Origin: an uncultured cyanobacterium
GTDB lineage: Bacteria; Cyanobacteriota; Cyanobacteriia; Cyanobacteriales; Cyanobacteriaceae
NCBI GenBank assembly: GCA_963710605.1
Contig: CAVQBA010000004.1
Span: 224,001-288,000 of the forward strand
Direction: 5' to 3'
Length of the DNA: 64,000 nucleotides
Part shown: piece by piece, positions 17,850 through 29,600 of the stretch
How positions within the stretch are numbered: the first letter of the stretch is position 1
How the letters are laid out: the number at the start of each line of letters is the position of its first letter
The notes under the pieces: generated by a model
The model's input: the letters and a program-made list of their open reading frames with translations, nothing else
Databases searched by the model: none
Told to the model about the DNA's origin: nothing
Position numbers and translations under genes: made by a program

Positions 17850-19577
17850 TTAATAGTAACTACCGACTTTACGATGATGTACGGCGGTGATATTGTCGGG
17901 TTTGGAAACTCTACCATCTGTCACTTGTGAGTAAACAATCCAGTGATCTCCACAATCCATACGACTAACAACAGTACATTCTAAATAGGCTAAAGCGTCT
18001 ATTAAAATTGGTGATTGGTTATTTGCCGTTTTAGTTTTAACTCCTTCAAATCGATCGGCACCAGGTGGGAAACGTTTAAGGAAGTGTTTCATTAAGCCTT
18101 GATAGTTACCTTCTTCTAAGATGTTTAGAACAAAAGTATCATGAACTTGCATCAAAGACTCGATCGCTCTATCTTTAGCCACAGCCACGGTAAAACCGGG
18201 TGGAGAGAAACTTGCTTGACTTACCCAAGAAGCCAACATCGCCCCTTTTGTTTCACTTTTTGATGCGGTAATAATATACAAACCACCACTCAAACGCCCC
18301 ATGGCTTTGCTTAAGTCGTTATCAACAGATTTTACTTTTTTGATCTTAGTTTTTTGACTGAAAATTTGCCCTAAGTCAACTCCTGATTCTTCACAAATTT
18401 GATAAGTATTAGAGTGGGGAGTTTCTTTAATCTTAATGGGGGCGAAGGCTTCGTTTAAACCTAAGTTTCTTAGTTTAGAGGCAATTGGATCAATCGGTTC
18501 ATCATCTCCACCATAAGACTCATACAAACCGAAGGTTTGCTTTGATTTGACACTAGCTAAAATCGTCCCTATTTTATTACTCATCTGGTTATTATCATTA
18601 TTTGATAAAGGAGGCATACCTAAGATAATACCCGCCGCTGAGCTAGTAATAGCGGTGATTTCGTGTATATCAGTAGCATTGATGTCAATCATCTCGACTT
18701 CTACTCCTGTTTTGGTTACTCCTTTGGCGATGGCTTGAGAAAGTCTGTCGCTATAGCCATAATCGGAGACATAAAAAACAATGATAATCTTGTTACCTTT
18801 GGTTTGCTCTTTACTCCATGTTTGGTAACGGTTTAAAAGTTCTTGATAGTTATATTTTAAAATAGGTCCATGTCCATTAGCTACCAAAGAAATTTCACCT
18901 AATGCAGACATCCGTTTCATTGCCGATAAAACCGATCGAGCATTTGGTCCCATCAAACAGTCATAATAAAAACGATAATCAGCTTCAATATCGGTCAAAT
19001 TTTTGTCGTAAATATCGGCACTGCAATAGTGTAAACCAAAAGCATCACAAGTAAAAAGAGCTTGTGTACCGTGATCATAACTAAAGATAGTATCTGGCCA
19101 ATGTAAGTTAGGGGCATTGATAAATTCGATGATATGACCGTTACCTAGATCGATTTGGTCGCCATTTTTAACAATTTGTTTATTGAAGTCTTGATGGATA
19201 AATCCTTCTAAAAACTGTATTGCTACTTTAGAAGCGACGATCGTGATTTCTGGTGCGATCGCTAATAAATCTTTCACCAAACCACTGTGATCAGGTTCAG
19301 TATGGGAAATTATTAAATAATCCAATTTTGAGGGATCAATTACTTGATTTAAGGCATCAAAATATAATTGTTTAAACTTGAGATGAGAAGTATCAACAAG
19401 TGCGTTTTTTTCGCTTTCAATCACATAAGAATTATAGGTAGTACCATTTTGTAAACCAAACTCAATATCAAAACGATCGCGATCCCAATCTAGAGAACGA
19501 ATAGTCGTTGTATCGGGTGCAATAACATCTATTTGAGTTGTCAAACGTGGTGCTGTTTTTACCGGAGTTGCAACCAT
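17850..19577 (-). CDS. flv3: Flavodiiron protein (class C, with flavin-reductase domain), Flv3-type
   Basis: RSLDWDRDRFDIEFGLQNGTTYNSY, HTEPDH, HWPD, CDAFG, a flavodoxin domain and the C-terminal ASWVSQAS/GDHW reductase domain. Confidence 0.88.
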   Translation of the reverse strand: MVATPVKTAPRLTTQIDVIAPDTTTIRSLDWDRDRFDIEFGLQNGTTYNSYVIESEKNALVDTSHLKFKQLYFDALNQVIDPSKLDYLIISHTEPDHSGLVKDLLAIAPEITIVASKVAIQFLEGFIHQDFNKQIVKNGDQIDLGNGHIIEFINAPNLHWPDTIFSYDHGTQALFTCDAFGLHYCSADIYDKNLTDIEADYRFYYDCLMGPNARSVLSAMKRMSALGEISLVANGHGPILKYNYQELLNRYQTWSKEQTKGNKIIIVFYVSDYGYSDRLSQAIAKGVTKTGVEVEMIDINATDIHEITAITSSAAGIILGMPPLSNNDNNQMSNKIGTILASVKSKQTFGLYESYGGDDEPIDPIASKLRNLGLNEAFAPIKIKETPHSNTYQICEESGVDLGQIFSQKTKIKKVKSVDNDLSKAMGRLSGGLYIITASKSETKGAMLASWVSQASFSPPGFTVAVAKDRAIESLMQVHDTFVLNILEEGNYQGLMKHFLKRFPPGADRFEGVKTKTANNQSPILIDALAYLECTVVSRMDCGDHWIVYSQVTDGRVSKPDNITAVHHRKVGSYY

Positions 19578-19968
19578 GAATTAAACCTTTATTTTTATTT
19601 TATCTTTATTTTCTATTATACTTGTTGGGTATTTGTACTGGGGATAAGAATAGTTAATCACCAATTATTAATTACTAATCATTGAAAATTAAGTAATTCT
19701 TTGGTTAGATTAATCATTATCAGGTTTTATCAAGACAAAATCTTTTTTTTGTTATCGTTATCGTGATTTATTAAGATTAATAATTATTCGGTAGCAAACT
19801 GATGAAGAAAAGTAAACAAATAAGCTTTAATTGTCTAGTTCTAAATTACTAACCAAGTAGCTGAAAAATTTGTCTGATATGATTTTGGTAAGCGTAACAT
19901 TATGTTATGATAGTTGACATAATGAAATAATAAAAAAACTTATACGATATATAGGAGTAACAAATCAC

Positions 19969-20436
19969 ATGGCTGGTTTTTTTGGCTTATTCGGTAACAA
20001 AAACAAAAAACAACAATCTAAAGACGCTTATTTCTTAAGTTCAGATGATTCTAAAACATATGGCGACATCGACTATATGCGTACTGCCAAAACAGTAAGA
20101 AGAACATTTGTCAAAACAATTGGTAATCCTGATGGTGGCGAATCTATTTCTACACTTTCTTCGGTACAAAAAGCCAAAAAAAATGCTGTTAGTGATCCAG
20201 CTACATTTGGTGATTATAAACCTTCTAACGGTACATCTAACAGTAGTTTTAATAACTCTCAAAGTTTTCAACCTACTCAGCCGGCTCAAAGTTTCCAACC
20301 TACTCAGCCGACTCAACCGGTTCAAAAATCTCAACCTGCACCATCTGCACCAACTCCAAGTACACCGAAAAAAAGACCTAGTGCTGACAGTAACATGGAT
20401 ATGTTCCGCAACATGGCAAAAAAAATTAGAAAATAA
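19969..20436 (+). CDS. Cyanobacterial hypothetical low-complexity protein
   Basis: AGGAG RBS and a downstream terminator; AYFLSSDDSKTYGDIDYMR and MDMFRNMAKKI flank a Q/P/S-rich linker that contains a 27-bp tandem duplication (20258-20311). Confidence 0.8.
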   Translation: MAGFFGLFGNKNKKQQSKDAYFLSSDDSKTYGDIDYMRTAKTVRRTFVKTIGNPDGGESISTLSSVQKAKKNAVSDPATFGDYKPSNGTSNSSFNNSQSFQPTQPAQSFQPTQPTQPVQKSQPAPSAPTPSTPKKRPSADSNMDMFRNMAKKIRK

Positions 20437-20470
20437 ATTGTTAGACATATTTATCTAACTTATTTACTAG

Positions 20471-20495
20471 AGGCGAAGCTAATTCGCCTTTTTTT
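20471..20495 (+). terminator. Intrinsic terminator
   Basis: aggcgaa-gctaa-ttcgcct followed by a T run. Confidence 0.8.
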
Positions 20496-20554
20496 AGTCT
20501 TTTTTATTGGTTTGTGATAACGTAGTCATTAGTTAGATGTAGTAGGATTCAATA

Positions 20555-21793
20555 ATGGGCTGGGATTTAAAATTTTGGTTAACTAAAATTAGAAATTGGC
20601 TTCCGAAGGCACAAAATCAATTACAAGTTAAAGCAACTGAATTAGAAGCTCAAGTCAATAAAGAAAGTCTCAATCCTCTTCCTTATTCACAACTAGACAA
20701 TCTCAATCAAAAAATTGCACTTTTACCAATTCCGCCAATTTATTTAGAGTTAATCAGTTCTAAAATATCGGAGACGATCGAACGTTGGCAAGAAAACGAT
20801 AATGCACCTAATAGTTTAGTCATTTTAGGTAGCCCGAACGAATCTTTTGAACAAATATTTACCGAAGTTTTAGACAATTGGCAACAAGAAAAATCTTTAC
20901 AGCTACAATCTTTTGGCTGGCACAATCGCCCCGATAAGCATAGTCAAATAAAATCTGAGTTTATAAGCGAAATAGAAAAACTACAACACCAAGAAGAAGA
21001 AGAAAAATCTAATTCATTTAAAGCGATCGCTATTCCCGATTTAAGTAAATGTTTTTTGCGGTGTGTTGATGGTTTAGATACGATCGAATATTTAGAAGAA
21101 TTGTTATTTAAAGATCGATCGCAATTTTGGTTAATCGGTTGCAATACTTGGGCGTGGAAATATTTAGATGTTGTTTGTCATGTGAGTGACTATTTCACAC
21201 AAACACTTTTTTTACCTGAATTAAAAGATTTTGAAATCAAACAATGGTTGAATCCTGTCACCAAAACGATCGATTTTGAATATAACTATGAATCAAATGA
21301 ATCGGATGAATCAGATGAAGAGCAAGATTCTGATAATTGGGATTCTCCCTTAGAAAAAAGCTATTTTGAAGACTTAGCTCGAATTTCCCTTGGTTTAGGT
21401 CCTGTTGCCTCTAGATTATGGTTATTATCTTTCGGTACGGAAAAAGAAGATGAGGAAGATGAAGCCGAATCAACATCAAATAACGATCGCTCGCAATCAA
21501 CTGCAGTGATTTCTCAACGTGTTTTTTTACAAAAGGCGACTTTTCCTAATTTACCAACACTGAGCCAAAATGAACGTTATTTGTTATTTTCTTTGTGTAT
21601 TCATCAGCAAATGACTTTGTCTCAATTAGCTTTAAGTTTGGGTGAAACTAAAATGAGGGTACAAAATCAAGTCCAAAATTTATCCACTCTCGGTATTGTC
21701 GAGAAAAAACAGCAAGTATTAACGATTAATCCCGCTCATTACCCACAACTAAAAAGAGATTTGACTAATAATAATTTTCTGATTGCAGGATAA
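20555..21793 (+). CDS. Hypothetical protein: degenerate P-loop-like domain plus C-terminal winged helix; operon with mscS
   Basis: LVILGSPNES (Walker A-like but without GKT); C-terminal MTLSQLALSLG...VQNLSTLGIVEK wHTH; 9 bp from mscS. Confidence 0.6.
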   Translation: MGWDLKFWLTKIRNWLPKAQNQLQVKATELEAQVNKESLNPLPYSQLDNLNQKIALLPIPPIYLELISSKISETIERWQENDNAPNSLVILGSPNESFEQIFTEVLDNWQQEKSLQLQSFGWHNRPDKHSQIKSEFISEIEKLQHQEEEEKSNSFKAIAIPDLSKCFLRCVDGLDTIEYLEELLFKDRSQFWLIGCNTWAWKYLDVVCHVSDYFTQTLFLPELKDFEIKQWLNPVTKTIDFEYNYESNESDESDEEQDSDNWDSPLEKSYFEDLARISLGLGPVASRLWLLSFGTEKEDEEDEAESTSNNDRSQSTAVISQRVFLQKATFPNLPTLSQNERYLLFSLCIHQQMTLSQLALSLGETKMRVQNQVQNLSTLGIVEKKQQVLTINPAHYPQLKRDLTNNNFLIAG

Positions 21794-21802
21794 AAACGAA
21801 TA

Positions 21803-22714
21803 ATGTTGAATATGGCTAACTATTTGACCACAAAATTTATATTTTCGCTCTATTTTTTTGCTCAAACTGCTCAAACTGCTCAAGATGAAAAGAAAAATCT
21901 TGAGAAAGCAACCGAACTTATCGCCAAAATTACCACATATAAAATAGTTAAAGGGTTAATTATTCTCATTATCGTTTATATTGGATTGTGGGCACTCGAT
22001 AAGTTAATTAATTGGTTATCAGAAAAAGTACCTTTAAAATTTCGCCTTAAAATTAAACAATCCTTACCTTTTTTGCGTGCTTTTGTCGTTGGGTTGGCAC
22101 TAGTAATATTACTCAATTTATATTTGAATTTATCTCCAAATAATTTACTGACTGTAACTGGTACGGTTGCTGTAGCATTAGGGTTTGCCTTTAAAGATTA
22201 TGCTAGCTCATTAATTGCAGGTATTATTGCTTTATTTGAATCTCCTTATCAAGTAGGCGATCGAGTTAAAATAGCAGGTTATTATGGTGAAATCACTAAT
22301 TATGGCTTAAGAGGAATTTTAATCCAAACTCCTAGTGATAATCTCGTCACAATTCCCCATAATAAAATTTGGACAGAAGCGATTTCTAATGCCAATAAAG
22401 GTGATGTGGAAGCCCAAACAGTCGTTAATTTTTATCTAGCACATCAAGTTGATGTCGATCGAGTTACAAATATTTTGTATAAAGTAGCTTACACGAGTAA
22501 ATATACTCAACTTAGTTTACCTGTATTAATCGTAATGGCAGAAAAACCTTGGGGAAGCCATTTCAAACTAAAATGTTACCCAATAGATGCTAGAGATGAA
22601 TTTATTTATCAGACAGATTTAACGAAAAGGGCAAAACAAGCATTTGCTCAATATGATATTTCTTATCCTGTTTCACCCATGCTAGGTGAGTCATCACCAC
22701 AATTATTGGATTAG
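21803..22714 (+). CDS. mscS: MscS-family mechanosensitive channel
   Basis: ALGFAFKD...AGI...PYQVGDRVKI...VTIPH. Confidence 0.9.
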   Translation: MLNMANYLTTKFIFSLYFFAQTAQTAQDEKKNLEKATELIAKITTYKIVKGLIILIIVYIGLWALDKLINWLSEKVPLKFRLKIKQSLPFLRAFVVGLALVILLNLYLNLSPNNLLTVTGTVAVALGFAFKDYASSLIAGIIALFESPYQVGDRVKIAGYYGEITNYGLRGILIQTPSDNLVTIPHNKIWTEAISNANKGDVEAQTVVNFYLAHQVDVDRVTNILYKVAYTSKYTQLSLPVLIVMAEKPWGSHFKLKCYPIDARDEFIYQTDLTKRAKQAFAQYDISYPVSPMLGESSPQLLD

Positions 22715-22862
22715 TCAAAACCAATATTTTAAGTTAGTTATACAGCTAACAAATGTTTTTAGCATTTAATAGGATTATGAGTCTATTTTAACTAATTCAC
22801 CAGAACTTACTGATTTTAGATTACGATTTTTAATCGGAAAATGAGTTTGTAGGAGGCGATTT

Positions 22863-23186
22863 TTATAAATTTAACAAAGCTTCTTCTTGATGAGTGATAA
22901 CCGTGCAATCAGAAGTTACCAAAGTTCGACAAGTCAAGATAAATCCTGCGTCTTCTTCATTCGGTTGCAAAAAATCATGATCGTGAATAACATTGCCTTT
23001 AACTAGTTTTGCTGTACAAGTAACACAAACTCCTGCATTACAAGACGAAGGTAAACTAATACCATAATTTGTTGCCGCATCATTAATGTATTCATTCTCT
23101 CTGACTTGAATCGTTTTTTGCTGGTTATCAGGTTGAATTAATGTGACAACATTGTAACTTTTATCGTTTACTAATCTATTATTCAT
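22863..23186 (-). CDS. Plant-type 2Fe-2S ferredoxin
   Basis: LPSSCNAGVCVTC...GFILTC. Confidence 0.9.
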   Translation of the reverse strand: MNNRLVNDKSYNVVTLIQPDNQQKTIQVRENEYINDAATNYGISLPSSCNAGVCVTCTAKLVKGNVIHDHDFLQPNEEDAGFILTCRTLVTSDCTVITHQEEALLNL

Positions 23187-24161
23187 AGTTTGAGTAGTAT
23201 TTTATGTTAATTTTTGCTCGATCGATCTATTCGTTTATAACTTTATTAAATGATTAAATCAGCAATTTATCAGGTTTTTTTATTTGTTTTGAAATCGGCA
23301 ATTATCTGCTAAATAATTATTACTATTTAGCTAATGACAATGTACAGTTATTTAGAGTTTTCATTAGTCAGATTATATTTTATTCAACTAATAAATAAGT
23401 TTTAACAATTAAAAATTACTGGTTAGCCTAATCAATCTTTGATCTATTTATCTTAAACTTTCTGATTAATTCTACTAATAAAAATTATTTTTTCTTAATA
23501 TTATTATTAGTTTTACCCATAATCAAATCTAATTTAATCTGTAGTTATCGTAACAGAAAAGAGATTTATCTGTCATCATTTATTAACTTTTTGTCTTCTT
23601 AATTAAGTCAAACTAATGAAACTATATTGGCTCAAGCTGTATTTAAACGACGGAAAATATTCGATATTAGTTATTTAAAAACTTAGTCTTGTTTGAACTC
23701 AAATAGTTTGCTGTAGCGAGAATTAGAAACTTTGAGTCTTTTTGAGTAACATCAATAATTAGCTAACCAAATTCAGATTAGAGTGATTATATCTTTGTCT
23801 CAATCGTCAAACTGATTTAATCTATTCTTGCGAATATTAAGTTTACTTATTTTTGAAATATTTTTAATAAGTTTAAATTAATTATCTAACTCATCTTAAG
23901 TGAATCAAGGATGTGTGAATGTATATTTCAGATTGAATAAATAATTTTGATTATTTTCTTTAATCGGTTATCCACAGAGAATAATCAATCACTGAATTAT
24001 TGATAATTATTAGTAGAGATTATTAATTATTGATTATCAAATATAGTAATTAAACAGATGCGTGTTAGTTGTTGGGCTTCGCTTTTTGTGATGTATTGTT
24101 TGTCTCTAGCTTTACTTTTTTAAGACTTAACCATCCCGACTAATAATATTACCTAAAAAAC

Positions 24162-24204
24162 AAGTACGATCGTATTTATCATGAATATAAACAACGATCG
24201 TACT
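24162..24204 (-). terminator. Inverted repeat downstream of the ABC1 kinase gene (putative terminator)
   Basis: aagtacgatcgt...acgatcgtactt 12-bp arms, each built on CGATCG. Confidence 0.5.
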
Positions 24205-24248
24205 TTAGATTAAAACTATTTAATTAAAATGAAGAAATTAATCAAAGA

Positions 24249-26321
24249 CTAAATTCTACTTGCCCCAATAGGAATTTGTCGATTAGAAGCAGGAATTTGT
24301 CTTGGTGGTATCGGAGTTTGCTTGGGCTTAGGCATCTTGTTGTTAGACTCTAATAACCAAGTACGGATAAATCTTGCGGTTGCTTTTTCTGCTAAACCAT
24401 TAGCGATTTTACGACCAAATTTTTGAGTTTCACGATTTTGGACAATCTCAGTAAGCACAGGAATTAGTTTCCAAGGATCATAACCTTCTGTTTCTTGGAG
24501 TATTTGTAAGATATTATTCAAGTGATGCCATGTATCAGAATTAGCAGTTGTGGTCACTTTTCCATTAACATTATAAGCGATCGCAGTAGATGGTGGTATT
24601 TTTAAACCAAGAGTTTTCCTGACATTATAAGAAACATTTAACCAAGTATCTTGACCAAATTGATCTAAAGAATTAACTATCTCATCAGCTAATCTTTCTC
24701 TAATAAAAACACCTTTTTCCGAGAGTAAGAAATTTAATCCTTGATTAATAACGGTATCAAAATTATACTCAGGTGAATTTTTAGCATTACGTAATAAGTT
24801 TTCCAGACGATTCCAACGGAAACTACCATCTTTAAAGAGTAAGTCTTTTAACGAATTACGCAACTCAACAGAGGAATCAGTTAATAATCTTTTCGACACA
24901 TAAGGATAAGCCTTACTCAATACTTTAAAATTAGGATCGATATTGATCGCAATACCTTCTAATGTCACCATCGATCGAATAATTAAAGCATAATAAGCAG
25001 GTACACGGAAAGGAAACTCATACATCATCGCCGACATTTCATCGGTAATCTTTTTGAAGTTTAATTCAGCTACACTAGCACCCAAAGCATTATTAAAAAC
25101 ATTCGCTAAGGCTGGTATAATCGGTCTTAAATCAGTGTCAGGAGTCAAAAAGTCTAATTTGATATAATCTTGAGCTAACAGTTCAAAATCACGATTAACG
25201 AGGTGAACGATCGCTTCAATTAAACCATAACGCTGATAAGGTTTAATATTACTCATCATGCCAAAATCGAGATAAGCTAGTCTGCCATCAGCCATCGCTA
25301 ATAAATTACCAGGGTGAGGATCAGCATGGAAGAACCCATGTTCTAGTAATTGTCTTAAAGAACATTGTACACCGACTTCAACTAAATGAGTTGCATCAAT
25401 ACCTTGTGCTTCAATTCTTTTAATATCAGTAAGTTTTGTCCCAGTAATCCATTCCATGGTTAAAACTCTTCTACCTGTATATTCCCAGTGAATAGCAGGA
25501 ACATAAATTTCAGGTATATGACCATATAAATCTTTAAATTTATCAGCGTTTCTACCTTCTTGGAAATAATTCATTTCCTCAAACACTCTTTCTGCTAACT
25601 CATCAGTGATAGCAACTAAATCAGAGCGAATTTTTTTGAAATTATCTCTTACCCATAATGCGATCGTACGTAAAATATAAATATCAAGAGTAATACGTTT
25701 AACTAAATCAGGGCGTTGTACTTTGATAGCTACATCTTCACCTGTTTTTAATTTACCTTTATATACTTGCCCTAAAGATGCGGCGGCAATTGGTTCGGGT
25801 GTAATTTCCGCATAAATTTCCCTAGGCGGTGCCCCTAATTCTTCTTCAATAAATCGATAAGCTATTTCATTAGGAAAAGGTGGTAATTTATCTTGCAATT
25901 GAGTTAATTCTTGCAGATACATTGGTGAGACTAAATCAGGACGTGTTGATAATGCTTGACCAATTTTAATATAGGCAGGACCTAGTTTAGTTAAAATTTT
26001 TCTAAGTTTGATTGCTCTTTTTAACTCATTTTTAGCAGAATTTCCCCATAGTGAATCCCACCAACTGGCAAACATAAATAAACCGAAAGGTAAACCAATA
26101 CTAATTAAACGTCCTAATACTTGAAATGGTTTTCCTTTGTAACGCTCCATGATAGCTGTAGCATCATAACGCCAATTTTCTGGTGACATCTCAGTCGTCG
26201 GGCTTAAATCTTGTTGTTTGGCAGGTATGACAACAGTTTGAGTTGGCGAAGTATCTACCACTACTTCTTCTGGTACTTCTACACGATCGATTTTATCAGT
26301 GGCGTTAATGATTGGAGTCAT
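24249..26321 (-). CDS. ABC1/AarF/UbiB atypical kinase
   Basis: LGPAYIKIGQALSTRPD, AAASLGQVY, VAIKVQRP, FFHADPHPGN and YLDFGM. Confidence 0.95.
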   Translation of the reverse strand: MTPIINATDKIDRVEVPEEVVVDTSPTQTVVIPAKQQDLSPTTEMSPENWRYDATAIMERYKGKPFQVLGRLISIGLPFGLFMFASWWDSLWGNSAKNELKRAIKLRKILTKLGPAYIKIGQALSTRPDLVSPMYLQELTQLQDKLPPFPNEIAYRFIEEELGAPPREIYAEITPEPIAAASLGQVYKGKLKTGEDVAIKVQRPDLVKRITLDIYILRTIALWVRDNFKKIRSDLVAITDELAERVFEEMNYFQEGRNADKFKDLYGHIPEIYVPAIHWEYTGRRVLTMEWITGTKLTDIKRIEAQGIDATHLVEVGVQCSLRQLLEHGFFHADPHPGNLLAMADGRLAYLDFGMMSNIKPYQRYGLIEAIVHLVNRDFELLAQDYIKLDFLTPDTDLRPIIPALANVFNNALGASVAELNFKKITDEMSAMMYEFPFRVPAYYALIIRSMVTLEGIAINIDPNFKVLSKAYPYVSKRLLTDSSVELRNSLKDLLFKDGSFRWNRLENLLRNAKNSPEYNFDTVINQGLNFLLSEKGVFIRERLADEIVNSLDQFGQDTWLNVSYNVRKTLGLKIPPSTAIAYNVNGKVTTTANSDTWHHLNNILQILQETEGYDPWKLIPVLTEIVQNRETQKFGRKIANGLAEKATARFIRTWLLESNNKMPKPKQTPIPPRQIPASNRQIPIGASRI

Positions 26322-26630
26322 GGAAATTATTGCTATTAAAAATTGATCAAGAATAATATAATTTGTTTAAATCTCGAATTTTGTTGGTAGTGATGAGTAA
26401 CCACTCAATTTGATTCAATCATTAAGAAAATCTATTATTATTAACTATTGTAACAATAACTTAATAATCTTACAGTATTTTTCAATTTCAATAGTCGAGA
26501 TTAAATAGTTAAACTAAAAAAAGTCACCGAATTAGGTTTTAAGAATTAGGGATTAGCCGAAGTATTCTCAATTCTTTTGTTATCTGTTATCTTTTCACTG
26601 CTCACTATTTACTCTAGACACTGTTGATGA

Positions 26631-29600
26631 ATGTCGAACGATAAAAGTAATCCAATTTTTAGTATTAGTAGTCTTGCTATTCGTCGGCATATTGCCACGA
26701 TAATGTTAACCTTAGCCGTTATTTTTGTCGGCGTATTTTTTCTTTCCACAATCAAAGTCGATTTATTACCTGAAATTGTTTACCCTCGAATTGGAGTTAG
26801 AGTTTCTACTAATGGAATTGCCCCAGAAATTGCTTTACAAGAAATTACCCGTCCTTTAGAAGAAGCAATGTCAGCAGTAGAAGGAGTGGAATTAATTTAT
26901 TCTCGTACAGGAGAAACAGGGGTAAGAGTTGATTTGTTTTTTGAAGTCGGTGGCAGTATCGATCAATCTTTTAATAATGCTACGACTGCTCTAAACCAGA
27001 CTAGGAGTAGATTACCTAATAATATAAATAATCCTCGTTTGTTCAAATTTGACCCATCTGATTCACCTATTTATGAATTTGCTGTTACCTCCTCGCTTCG
27101 AGATGAAGTTGATTTGAGGGTTTTTACCCAAACCGAAATAGCTAGAGAATTATCAATCATACCAGGGGTAGCAACTGTTGATGTTGCAGGAGGAGTAGAA
27201 GAAGAAGTACAAATTCAAATTGATTTGAATCGTTTACAGGTTTTGGGTATTGGTTTAAATGAAGTATTAAATGAAATTGATAATATCAATCGAGATATTG
27301 CAGGGGGGCGTTTATTAGCTGAAAATGATGAGCCTTTAACTAGGGTTGTGGGTAAATTTCAAGATGTAGAAGATTTATACAATCTCTCTTTTGCGATACC
27401 AAATTCGACTAATAGAGTTTATTTAACTGAATTTGCTGAGGTAATTGATGGCAGAGAAAGACAACGAGTTTTAGTTTATCTCAATGGCACACCTGCGGTT
27501 AAGGTGACGATTCAAAAACAACCTTCTGCAAATACCATTGAAGTGGTTGAGTCAGTGAAAACAAAACTACAGCAATTACAAACTGGTAATGTCATTCCTG
27601 AAGATATTAGTGTTTTAGCTACTAGTGATGAATCTATTTTTATTCGTAATTCGATCGATAACGTTATTTTTTCAGGTTTAGTCGGTACTACTTTAGCGGC
27701 GATCGCTGTATTATTGTTTTTAGGCTCTTTACGTCAGACTCTCATCATTGTCATTTCTATTCCTTTAGCTACTTTAGCGGCTGTGATAATGATGAAAATT
27801 AGTGGTTTTTCTTTGAATGTTTTTAGTTTAGGTGGATTAGCTTTAGGTGTCGGTATTGTAGTTGATAATTCGATCGTGATGTTAGAAACTATGGTAGAAG
27901 ATATTGAACAAAATCCTCAACATTCTCCTCGCCAAATTATCGATAGTTGTATTAATAGTGCCAAAAAAGTTGAATCTGCTTTAATTGCTTCTACTAGCAC
28001 TAATTTAGTTGTCGTCTTACCTTTTTTGATGATTGGCGGTTTGATTTCGCTTTTGTTTCGAGAATTAATTTTAACTATCAGTTTTGCGGTGGGGGCTTCT
28101 ATTTTAGTTGCCATAACGATCGTACCGATGTTAACATCTCGATTATTGGCAATTCGTTTTTCTAGTAATTTAAACAAGTTTTTTTTACTTAAGTGGTTTA
28201 ACCAAGGTTTTCAACTTGTCAATCGGATTTACGGTAAAATTTTAGGATTTTTACTCAAAATACGTTTATTTTTTGTGGTTGCTATCTTTATCATTTTAGG
28301 TACAACTAGTTATGACTTGTTTGAGCAATTACCCCAAGAAATATTACCTAGAATCAATACAGGGCAAGTTAGATTATTTGCTTCTTTCCCGCCTCAAACT
28401 ACCTTGGCGACAAATAATCGAGTGATGGAAATGGTTGATAATATTTTGTTACAACAACCAGAAACTGCTTCTGCTTTTACTACCTCTGGAGGTTTTCTTT
28501 TTTCTAATAATACCGCTGAAAATGTATTAAGAGGCTCAAGTAATATAACTCTCAAACCGAATACTGATATTGAAGCTTATATCACCAAAGTAAAAGCACA
28601 ATTAGATGAGCTAAATTTAGTCGATATTCGTTTAAATCTTTTCCCTGGTAGAGTCAGAGGTTTGAATTTAAGTAATTCTCCTGTTAGGGCAGATGTCGAT
28701 GTCATTTTACAAAGTGATGACCAAGATTTACTTGAAGCTACAGGTAGAAATATAGTCAACATTCTTGATGAAGAAGCTACTTTAGTTAATTTTCGCCCTG
28801 ATTCCGATCGTCGTCAACCTGAAGTAATCATTACTCCTGATTTAATCAGACTTGCTGATTATGATTTAGATATTACTGATATTACCGCCTCACTTCGTAC
28901 TACTGTCAGTGGCTCGGTAGTTTCTCAGTTACAAAGAGGAGAAAGGTTAGTCAATATCAGAGTAGAATTAGATCCAACGCAAATTACTAACATTGATACA
29001 TTACTTGAAATACCTATTTTTACTAACGATAATAGCTTAATCCGTTTAGGTGAAATCGCTTCTATTGCTTATGGTGAAGCACCTAGTCAAATTACAAGAA
29101 TTAATCAACGTCAAATTTTGATTATTACAGGTAGTTTAGAAGAAAATGTTAAACTGACTCCTGCTTTGACCGAAGTTGAAGAAATATTACAAGCGGTTGA
29201 CATTCCTGAAGGAGTCCGAATTTTACCAAGCATCGCCAAAGAAAGTAACGACAAATTACAAGCATCTTTACCTATCCTCGGTGGATTAGCGGCTTTTTTA
29301 GTTTTCGTGGTGATGGCGGTACAGTATAATTCTTTAATTGATCCTTTAGTGATTATGTTTACCTTACCTTTAGCTTTATCTGGGGGTATTGTTGGTTTAT
29401 CTGTCACCGAAACACCGATTGGGGCGACGGTAATTGTTGGGGTAGTTTTATTAGTCGGGATTGTAGTTAATAATGCGATCGTGATGGTAGAATTAGCTAA
29501 TCAAATTTATCAAGCACAAATAATCGATCGAGAAATTAAAAAGCCGAGTCGTCATCAAGCTATCATTCAAGCCGCTCAAAATCGTTTACGCCCCATTTTA

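Noticed and set aside
20041-20458. Overlapping 135-aa and 116-aa ORFs
   Set aside because: Shadow frames of the low-complexity gene at 19969-20436, which has the RBS and terminator.
27917-29407. Antisense ORFs within the RND gene (and similar ones inside nhaS1, prfB and flv3)
   Set aside because: Typical antisense shadows of long genes, with no independent signals.
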